From: Pelomyxa schiedti
Taxonomy: Eukaryota > Protista > Evosea
Length of the DNA: 40,637 bases
Assembly (NCBI GenBank): GCA_020536535.1
Contig: JAHLWZ010000939.1
Location: 1-40,637 of the forward strand
Direction of reading: 5' to 3'
This document shows positions 1 to 9,480 of this stretch, in pieces. Below the pieces are notes generated by a model. That model saw only the letters and a list, made by a program, of their open reading frames with translations, searched no databases and was not told the origin of the DNA. Both the position numbers and the translations under genes were made by a program. The stretch's first letter is position 1; each line of letters begins with the position of its first letter.

Positions 1-218
1 CATGGAACTCCTTGGATGTGATGCAGACCTGCCTTTTCCCTGCCACCGTGGCCGAAATCACGAATAACTTGTCTGGGTTGCAAGGAGACATTGCCACCAT
101 GCAAGGAGACATCACCACCATGCAAAGAGACATCGCCACCATTCACAAGGACTTTACCAAGCAGGAGGATCTGCTCCGACAAATACTCGAACGTTTGCCC
201 CCACCACAAACACCATGA
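1..218 (+). CDS. 3' part of a multicopy coiled-coil protein with (MQGDIAT)n heptad repeats; 5'-truncated by the window edge
   Basis: The frame is open from the window edge (WNSLDVMQTCLFPATVAEITNNLSGLQGDIATMQGDITTMQRDIAT...LPPPQTP*). A paralogous copy lies inverted at the other end of the window. Confidence 0.7.
   Translation, partial: WNSLDVMQTCLFPATVAEITNNLSGLQGDIATMQGDITTMQRDIATIHKDFTKQEDLLRQILERLPPPQTP
1..218. repeat. Left arm of an inverted repeat (partner 40321..40637)
   Basis: The first ~140 nt are nearly identical to the reverse complement of the last ~140 nt of the window. Similarity continues to the shared ccacaaacaccatga stop and then ends. Confidence 0.9.
78..140 (+). repeat. 21-nt coding tandem repeat, 3 units (atgcaaggagacatcgccacc consensus)
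   Basis: ttgcaaggagacattgccacc / atgcaaggagacatcaccacc / atgcaaagagacatcgccacc. Confidence 0.9.
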
Positions 219-305
219 CCCAAAACTGAGAACAAGACTCAGATTCAGCACCACGAATTTTTTTAGTGTACCAAAGTTCCATAACATCAGGAAACAGACA
301 ACAAC

Positions 306-3300
306 TTACACCATCTGCCTGAAGCTGCCACCCACCTCTCGGAGTGCGGCTGAGATTTGCCCCAGGGAGGCGTATCTGACGGTATCTAGCAGGACTTCAA
401 AAACGTTGGCGCCAGATGACGCGGCGGTCCTCAGGTGCGCGAGCCACGCGGGCGCCACCGTCGAATTCCTGGCTCGGAAAGCATTGGTGCGCGCGATCTG
501 CTTGTCCCAGTCGGTCTGTTCTGGCCTGACGACGTGCAGCCCAGTTCCGGCTGAGGCATCTGTGCCCCCGCCAAAGTCAGACAGCGTCGCCGAGTCCAGC
601 ACGCACACGTTTCGGCCGATTATGGGACGCTTCCCTCTGAGAGTGAGGAGGGGGAGGAATGTGAGGAAAGTGAACTGAATTTGGAATAGGAAATGAAAAG
701 GAAAAGGGATAGGGATTGGAATTCACCTGGAAATGTCATATTCGTATTGGCAGGATGCCGTGGCGATGCAATTTCTGTGGTATCCGAGCTCGGTGGCGGG
801 CCCAACTCCGCCCTCTTGGTCTATGGCCTCGAGTTCCTTGATTGATTTGTTACATTATTGACTGTTTTGATTGCGTGTGTGGTTACCTTGAGGATTTGCT
901 CCTGAAGCCCTTTTCTGATTGTACGGTGTGCATAAGAACCACTGAAAAGGTTCTCTGCTCTTAGAAGCTCAGCCTAACTGATTTAGAAAAAAATACATAA
1001 TAACTTGCATTTTCCTCCTACCTCAACAGTCAGGAAGTTGGGAATCATTGTGGCCTGTCTCACATATTTAGCAGATGGAGTTGTAAGAGGTTCATCAGCA
1101 GAATCCACATGAAGAGAATTGGTGTTATTCATTAGAGCTGAGAAGAAGTAATTAAAGACTGGGATTCCTTAAGAACTAACTTACCCATTAAGGCGTGGAA
1201 CGTCTGCCTAACAGGGTTGAGGGATTCCCATTCTGTAAAACTATATAAGACAGAAAAATAAAATAAGGAAGACCTGTACCTGGAATTTGCAGTGCTCGGC
1301 CAGATGTCTGAGTGTGGTATTTAAACGCCTGTGACCTCTCATTACCGTGATAAATGTCACGCAGAGCAACTGCCCATATTTTTCGGCAAACAGGGCCCGA
1401 GACAAGCCACTCCAGTTCATGTGAATTACGAAGGAAAAAGGAGAAATTAGGGGCAACATCATTAACCCCCATTCCCCTGCCAAGGAAATTCTCCAAATAT
1501 GTGAATCCATTGCTTAAGGAGTAGGCCAGTTCCTGCCACTTCTTAGTGGAGAGTTCAGTTGCTATTAATCGAACCTGAACAGGCGTTGCTCCAGCTTCTC
1601 CTATATGATAACCAGAAATGGAAATGCTGTAAAACTTTTGTACATGCTTTTTGATGAAAAATTCTTGTACATCTCCCATCAACTTGACGGCGAAATCTTC
1701 CTGTTGTGGTATTACTATAACACGGTTGTATGCTTAGTTGTACCTGGAAAATGCATTCATTTTGGGCTTGCATTTCTTTCAATATATCGGCTTGAATTGT
1801 GCCTCTCAGCATGCAGTATGTGCAGTCTCTTATCTCTTGGACCTATTGATTAAGTTAACTTTAGTTTCATACGAAATTCAAGTGTACCTTACTGCAGAGC
1901 AAGCCATATTCTGGGTGAATATCAGTCGCTCTGAGTGAACCTGGGCCTGGAAGTGTTGGATCTACCACAGAAACTTCTTCTGGATGTTGCTTTTTGTATT
2001 TCTCGATCATGTAATCGCATGCAGTATTGAAATACATGGCCAGTATAATAGCAGCAGGTCCATTGATTGTCATTGACTGTGTATTGATTATTACAGGAAT
2101 TGGAAGGAAATCTGATACTGTAGAAATTTTTTCGAAGTCAAACCCTGAATACAAAATCTTCATGTCATCTAGGGTACTGAGGGAATCTGAGATTCGAAAT
2201 TACTGTCTCTTGCTAACAAACCTGATGGAGACTCCTCCCTCTCCGATTTTACCAATGGACCCTGCATCCGTATCACAGTCATCTCCATACAGGGTAATTC
2301 CATCAAAAGCTGTACTGAGGCGTGGGCAAGGCACTCCCTGGCTTAGGAAATGGAATCGCTCATTTGTATGCTCTGTGATTGATGTCATAAAAACAACAAC
2401 CATTAAAATAAGGAAGCTCACCAGCAAGCCTCAATCCCGCGAACTGCCTAGTAGTTTGAAGAGCACTCTCTTGTCGTAGAGGGAATACACCATTGATATA
2501 AGGGAAGCAACCAGGAAGACCCTAGTAGATGTGGATGTAAGAAAAGGTCAAATAGCACACAAGCAAGAGGGGAACCTCTTCTAAAAGGAACTGAAGCATT
2601 CCTGCTGTATCGTCTCGATCGGGGATTGCAATCTAAGGCACATCATTTTTGATTCTTAATTGGGAGAACTACTTTTGGGATTTTCAAGCCATTGAAGCTA
2701 GTATAGTACAAAGTTTTGTTACATGTTATCTTCTCCCAGGTCTGTTCCCAGCCTGCCATTAACTAAAGGGAAAAAAGAGCTCAATACGTGTTGACACTAA
2801 GTACAGGGAAATACCTGTTGACAATAGGAATCACATGCAGCAAGGCCTGAAGTTCGACACAATTTAACCTGGTTGGCGGTGTACGTGTCATATTTCCGAA
2901 CTGCATCTACTACTAGCCCCAGATAAGAGCGTCTCGAGTGGGGAACCAGAGAGGTGAACTTGTGTATATTAAAATCTTTAAGGGATCTCTTCCAGTGCAT
3001 ACCTTGAGGGTTGAAAATGGATCCACGCCAGTGAATTTATATATTGTCTCAAAGGATAACCTCTTACACATCCAAGTGTACATATCCACAGTAGCGGGGT
3101 TGTTGGCCAGTTTGGTCACAGTGGGGAAGAGCTGAAAACTTTCATTACCGAAGGCAGTTTGTCTTGGAAAACGAACTTTTTGGTTTGGATTGCAGACTGA
3201 GGCATGAGCAAGAAGAACTTGCAACTGATCACACAAGGCCTTGGATCCCTCTCTGTCTATTTTGTTCAGAATTATGGCATCGGCTTCAAGAAGCAATTGG

Positions 3301-4799
3301 TCCTTCTCCAGCTGGAAATCGCGAGGTATGTTATTATACTGTATTCTCAAGAAAACGTTCATTACTTGAATGTGGACACTTCCAAACTCTTTGGTTTTCA
3401 CATAGAAGAGAAGGTCTGGCTTGTAAGGTGCAAAGTCCAAACCAACTTGACCTGCAAAGCATAAGTGAGAGAGAAATACTTCTCACTTTCTTACCAGTGC
3501 CTGGAGTTTCAAATATTACAAGGTCAAAATAACCAGCACGAAGAATACTCAACATCTTGGAAAGAGATGGGGGGAAGTTGCCATATACAATTCGGGTTGC
3601 CACACTCCTCATGAACACATTTGGCTTGTAAATATTGGTCATTCTTATCCTATCTCCTGCGTGAATGTAAGTTTCGATATGGGCATTATCCCAGAACTTC
3701 TATACACATACCAAGAAGGGCCGAGATATTTCCACCCCGATTGGTGGTAGGGTCAATGGAGAGAATCGCTAAGTTCCTCCTTGTACCACTGGGTTGATCT
3801 TGGCTGAACAGTCCAGCAATTTCATCTGTCAAGGTGCTCTTTCCAGCCCCTCCATCTCCTATTCACCGTTATCAACACGGCGGTACATATGAAGTAGAAT
3901 ACCAGTAACAGCGATCAATTTTCCTTGCTTATTGTAGGACTTCGCTGCGGCTAAGTACGCGGACATAAGTGACTCACATTTTAAACCTCGTGGCGTAGAA
4001 GCTCCTCCATTCGCTTCTAGCCAGCAGGATTCTTCAGCAGCATTCAACTGTGTAATATTATTCCGGCAAACGAAGTTATTACTTGCTCACAATTAGACCC
4101 AGTGCCCACTTGGCACCACTTATTGCAGCTGATACAATCTCTGTTTCACTACGAGATTCATCACAGTTTTCTACACAACGAAGAATCACATCTTTTGCTA
4201 GATTTTCCAAGGTCCTGAAGACAATTACTTACTAGCATTTAAAAGCAATAAATACCATTTTTGGCCATACACATGAGCTCCAGCCTTTTCAATCAACTCT
4301 TCATCAGCCGGAAGTATGGTTCCACCCCCACCCCCAACCTTAACAGGAAAAAAGTTGACATTGCCTTGTGGGCTACAAATAGTCACGATACACAAAACTC
4401 ACCACTACAGAGTTTCCTCCCGCTTCTTTGATGTTCCGCACTAGTGCCGGAAAGAAATGGTTATGTCCTCCATTGTAACTACTCACAGCCACACAATCGC
4501 AGCCCTCCTCAACAGCAGCTTGTACCAGTTCACAAACCTAAGAGTGAGGTTAAGTACACACAACAAAATCAAATAGATACTAAAACAAACAACAATTTCT
4601 GTCTCACCTTTCTGTTGAACCCCACATAGATCAATTCCGTCGACGCGGCGACATTCGGAGTCTCTCTGAGCGCCCGATTTACTGCGTGTATCGAGGCATC
4701 GTGGCCGTCGTAAGCCGCGCACCCTGTGATTATTCGAACGGGCCTGTGGGGGACTGGTTTTTCAACTGCAGTGGCGGCTGTATTGCTTGTTTCTGTCAT
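306..4799 (-). CDS. icmF: Fused isobutyryl-CoA mutase IcmF (cobalamin-binding domain, MeaB/MeaI-like GTPase, mutase TIM barrel); about 20 short introns
   Basis: The spliced translation gives the IcmF domain order. B12 motif: VRIITGCAAYDGHDASIH, SSYNGGH, GGGGGTI. GTPase: P-loop VTGDGGAGKST, SIDPT, LLGDRIRM, FMRSVATR, ETPGTGQ, NKID. Mutase: TTRQFAG, RLSTAFDGITLYG, RGTIQADILKEMQAQNECIF, FYSISISGYHIGEAGA, YHTQTSGRAL, C-terminal NVFEVLLDTVRYASLGQISAALREVGGSFRQMV*. Confidence 0.93.
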
Positions 4800-5267
4800 T
4801 TCTAACAGTCTGTGTATGGTTTTTGTCTTCACTTTGGTTTTTTTTCTTGGTAGCTTCTCGCGTTTAAAAGGTGCTTTTTTGTTTTCCCGTTATTTTGCCT
4901 TGGACGTATCTTTGGGATTCCGCGACGGTGCTTTTTTTTGTCCACGGTGACTTGACATTTCATTTCCAAAACCTGTGGATATAATCCTGTTGCCTAATTC
5001 TTTTCCGAGGAACAAATGCACGTTTTTTTTCTGGTTGTTGTACAGTACGACCAGAAGAAAAAAAGGAAAAAAAAGAAAAAAGAAATGTATTTGCTGTGTG
5101 CAGGGTATTCATAGGATGAAGAAGCATGAGGTTGAGCAGGAAGCTACTTGTAGCCGGAATAGTTAAAGTCCGCCCGATTTGACTAGAGAGCAAATCCGGC
5201 AGAGCTTTTAGTATTCCGTAGACCCTGGATAAACTGCACAGCAAAGATAGCACCACACAAGCCGATA

Positions 5268-5938
5268 TTAGATATCGTCAAGTGTGTAAGTAGTTTTCTT
5301 CTCAGGGACCTTTGCAGACGCTGCAGCGGCTGCAGGAGCAGCAGCGGGCGTCGCAACTGGCCTCCCAAGAAACGAGGGATCTATTCCGAAGTGTAAGATT
5401 GAGTACGGTTAGGTTTAGTTGGAAACCTGGATCCTCCTGAAACTCGACGTGGAGTTCGTCATTGTCTCCCTCCTCGTCAACTCCCCCAGTCTCATTGATC
5501 TTAGCATTCTCTGGCAACTCACCAAAAGCCTGGTACAAGGTCAAAGAACGAATTCTTGTAAGAACATCGCACCTTTAGCATCCTAGCCTCCTCCGAGTTA
5601 TACTTGAGAATAACATCGGCCTTGCCATCCTGATAGTCCCTGAGGCCCAAAAGCACAATGTCTCCTTGATTCACCCAGACCTTCTTACGCAATTTGCCGC
5701 GAATATGGCACATTCTCTTAGACCCATCAAAGCAAGCAGCTTCGAGACGACCATTCCCTAGCATCCTAGTAACTTGCGCGTACTCTAACGTTACCCACGT
5801 TAAAAAAAAAAAATGCGGTAAATTTAAAAAAACAGATAAACCTTGGCCATCCTCCTTAAACGTAAGTTCGCGTTTCACATCGCCTTCATTCTTTCCCCTC
5901 CTACGGTTCTTTCCTCCTTTTCCTTTGTTCTTCGGCAT
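5268..5938 (-). CDS. eIF1A: Eukaryotic translation initiation factor 1A (3 introns)
   Basis: [18 protein letters not shown]...FKEDGQ|[21 protein letters not shown]...[11 protein letters not shown]...[15 protein letters not shown]. The spliced C-terminus ends ...TTYTLDDI*. Confidence 0.97.
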
Positions 5939-6128
5939 CTTGGCGATCGCTGTTCCGGCTGTGTGAGCTTGGATTGGTTTACTGGTTTTCCCTTAAGAGC
6001 CTGGCAACTGTGAATTCTTTTGTCAGAAGATAAAAACACCCTCAGAATAGCGTGCTCCATTGCCACACGCCACACCGTGGAGTGGGGACGTGTGTTGTTT
6101 TTCATTTGAGCCTGGCTGTTTCCCTCCC

Positions 6129-6154
6129 ATCTTGAATTCTTGTGAATTCAAGAT
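6129..6154. promoter_or_regulatory. Perfect 11-bp inverted repeat in the divergent promoter between eIF1A and the secreted-protein gene
   Basis: atcttgaattc-ttgt-gaattcaagat; function not established. Confidence 0.35.
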
Positions 6155-6277
6155 CTGAAAAAGGCCTCAGAAAAGTTTTCTCCTTCGCAGTAAACAAAGA
6201 AGATGCGGGTGGACCTTTGGAGGACCGAACGAACAAAAAAAACAATCTAATTAAAAGGTGGTGAGGTGTTTTTCGCC

Positions 6278-8009
6278 ATGTCGTCGACGAGTGGCCATGT
6301 TTTTGCGATTCTGTTGCTTTTCACTGTCAGTGCTGCCATTACAACAAGAAACCAAATTGTTTCTCGTGCAAACGGACTGGATCCAGTGTGTGACACAACA
6401 AGGGAGTGGAGAGATGAATTGTGGGACAAGGTGAAGTCAACCCTGGCGCAGCAGAAATACGAGGTCGTCGATGAAGGTACCTATTATTGGACTTATGAGG
6501 CTTCTTATGGGGGTAACACTCAGTCCATGTACGGAGTATGCAATACCCATAATTTGTTGCATTTGTCCTCTTGAACTAGTCTCAATAACAGTTCTCGCCC
6601 TCAGGTGTATTCCTTTCCTGAAAGAGGCCTCGGAAAGAATGGAACTGCCTGGATGCTTAAAGAGAATGAGGCTATTATTTTCATTGGATGCACTCCACCT
6701 GAAGCAAGGTCTTCCTTCACTTCCTCCTTCACAATCTTACTTCAGGTAGGTACTTCAGTTGGCAATCCTACACACTCACCACTCCTGGAACAACAGTTCT
6801 CACAGTATGTTCTGTGCAGTTAATTGTTGCCACTAACGGCCCTCAGTCATGGGATCCTTTGGGAGACAGCTTGAATCAACTTGTTTTGGACACAACTGGT
6901 GGCTCGTATCCTTTTTCCGCCACGATGGCAGTTATAACGACCGGAGATAGGTGAGAAAATACTTGACTTTCTTTAACTTCGGTTAATGACTGTAACAGGA
7001 ATACAGAATCAGCAATCCGCCAAGCTTTTGTTAAGAATGGATTCCCAAACGTGAATACGGACATTATGCCGGGTCAAGTTCTTTCATATGGCTTGATTCC
7101 ACCTGCTGACACATTTGAGATGATAAATAGGTTCATAACGACAAATAACTTTAAACGATTTAACAACCTTAGGGTGGCAGGGTTTTCTGATTCAGAAGAG
7201 GGCAACTACTATCTGCAAACTAAAGCTCCAGTTTATTTAGTTCGCCCGCCTAACGCCCAAGAAGTTATGCTTTATGGGATAGAACCTTCCAGACCAACGG
7301 CAACCGGCTTATATGGTAGATTACAAATCAAAATTGGGAAGTAATAAATAATTAATGCACTGCACCTCAGAGCAGGATCGCCTCACTGACAGCGTTGAGC
7401 AGCTGAAGTTGCAGGTTGAGGACTACTGGCTTACACAAGGATTTTCACTGAAGCATTATGAGTCTTTCTCAGCCTCGCAGCTCAACTGGACAGCCTGTGT
7501 ACTGGAGGATATCGTCTGTGCAGGTGCTTCTGCAGATGCCCTCTATGCCCACCCTCCATCTCTGCTTGCCAATCTCACATTTGGCCCTACCGATGATGAT
7601 TCCCAGTTCTTCATTGTACTTGGTGTATCTCACTACATTAGTGGCTGGGCAATGTACACCTCTCTGGCTGTTTATGATGATTCTCACACTGAGGTCGCGG
7701 GTGTTTTTGATACTGGGTACTATGGAAGTGCTGCTTTGTATGAGCCTCCATCCATCCCCTATGATGATCAGCTCTATGTGGAGAGAATATCCCGTGTTTG
7801 TGGATCCGAGGAAAATTTTTGCATTACTATTACCACTGATGTACGATAGCATGTTCTCATTTTTGGCTAATCATATTTACCTTCAGGAAATTCCAGAGGG
7901 AGAAGAATTCAGCATAACTGCTAGATCCTATTTAAATCCTACCAGTAAAACTGCACCAGATGCTGGGGAGATGATCCACCCACTCCTTATGCATTTTGTC
8001 AGATCCTGA
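6278..8009 (+). CDS. Secreted or lysosomal protein of unknown function (multi-exon)
   Basis: N-terminal signal-peptide-like MSSTSGHVFAILLLFTVSA. Exons splice to give EAIIFIGCTPPEAR|YFSWQSY, PLGDSLNQL, FFIVLGVSHY and ITARSYLNPTSKTAPD...HFVRS*. Confidence 0.75.
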
Positions 8010-8052
8010 CCAGAAAGTGGGGAAGAAAAGAATCAAAAAAAAAGAGTTGCTA

Positions 8053-9357
8053 TCAGAAATTCAAAATCATTTTCCATGCATCCTTGCATTTTTTACGGGT
8101 TTCAGCATAGTACCCTGGGCATTTCTTGAGGTTAACAAATCCCAGGGAAGAATACAACGAGTAAGCCACAGAATTGAGAGCATTCACATGTAGTGTCATG
8201 CACTGGGCTCCTGCTGCCCTGGCGTCTTCAATTGCACCCTTTAGTAGAACTGGTCCGAGGCCTCTCTTTCGATAAAGGCTGTGCACAGCCAGGCACACTG
8301 CATAAATTTCAGCACCACCTTTCTTGCGCTCACACATGAGATATGCAACAGCAATTCCATTGAAGTCTGCGACGTTGGCCCAGGTGTTGGAGCTGCGAAA
8401 TGAGAAATGTTAAGTTCCCAATAGACAGGATAGGAGAATAACTAACTTGGACAGTAGCTCAGTGATGAGCTCTGGACCATATGGATCCTCAAATGCACTG
8501 CTCTCAATTGCTAAAATCTCCGGCATATCCGCCCAGTTAAATGGTCTTATAGTTATAAAAGATGCATCTGAAAAACCCCAGTGAGGAACAAATTCCATTC
8601 ACATAACATCAAGATAAACAAAAAAAGGAAAAAAAAACCGAAAATGAGGGGAAAAGTTCTTACCAAATTCCAGACCAGTCAAGCGCCTTTGAGCATCAGT
8701 AGGAGGAATCCCCCTCTCAGGAGCACATGCCGAAACACCGGAGTAAAAAGTCTCAACCCTGGGCCACGGAGCAGATGGCTTCCCATAAGGGCAAAACATC
8801 ATCACGTGGTCCCAGGGGTGCTCGTGCTCGGCACCAATAGTTGAATCGCAGCACCCGGCGCACAGCACGAATTCGTGCGGGCAAATCACGCAGCAGTAGC
8901 AGGGCTGGCCGGGCCCAATTGGGCCAGAGCACTGGGAGCACGGGAACCCAGATACTTGGTCGACGGTGTAGTCGAATTTGTAGTGGCCGAGCTTGTTTTT
9001 GTGGAGTGGGATATCCAGCCTCAGAATGCAGTGTGCCTCAGAGGCGTGGACAGGGCTCGAAATGAAACACTCACAGCACAAGTCAAAGTCTGCGTTATGG
9101 GTTGGCAACGCGTCAGTGTAAGTAATCTTTAATCCACCCCATAAGTCCCCTCAGTGGGTGGTTTTGGGGTTTGCTTAAGTTGCCTGCCACACACCGTCGC
9201 ATGAGGCGCTGACGCATTTGTAACGAGGGCCCCCTGCGCACAGGCACTTGCATCTGTCGCACCACGCGGGGTGCACCACCGTCCCATGAGTCTCGTTTGT
9301 GGGCGCCAGCACTTCCTCGCAGTACCGCGGGAGCTGCTTCTTCTTCAGGCTCATCAT
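8053..9357 (-). CDS. Tandem ZZ zinc fingers fused to a RimI/NAT-like GNAT acetyltransferase (3 introns)
   Basis: ZZ1: WCDRCKCLCAGGPRYKCVSASCD|DFDLCCECF...H...H. ZZ2: CSQCSGPI...YCCVICPHEFVLCAGC...HEHPWDH. Intron 8568..8663 joins LEF|DASFITIRPF in frame to the GNAT, which has LAVHSLYRKRGLG (acetyl-CoA motif A), LHVNALNSVAYSLYSSLGF and YY...DAWKM. Confidence 0.85.
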
Positions 9358-9480
9358 TTTTATTGGTTATTTTCTTTACTGGAAACAGTGACGTTTCGTG
9401 AGGCACTAGGGGAAGCCTTTTTTTTTTAATTGTTTAGTACAAAGCACAGAAGTGAGGGGGTGTTTGTGGTTTTTGTTGGT

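Noticed and set aside
91-678. 195-aa + strand ORF
   Set aside because: Alternative frame of the 21-nt repeat followed by antisense of the last icmF exon.
306-4799. Bacterial contamination, or a frameshifted pseudogene of a mutase
   Set aside because: The frame breaks I checked are explained by GT-AG introns that restore conserved motifs, and the gene is contiguous with eukaryotic genes.
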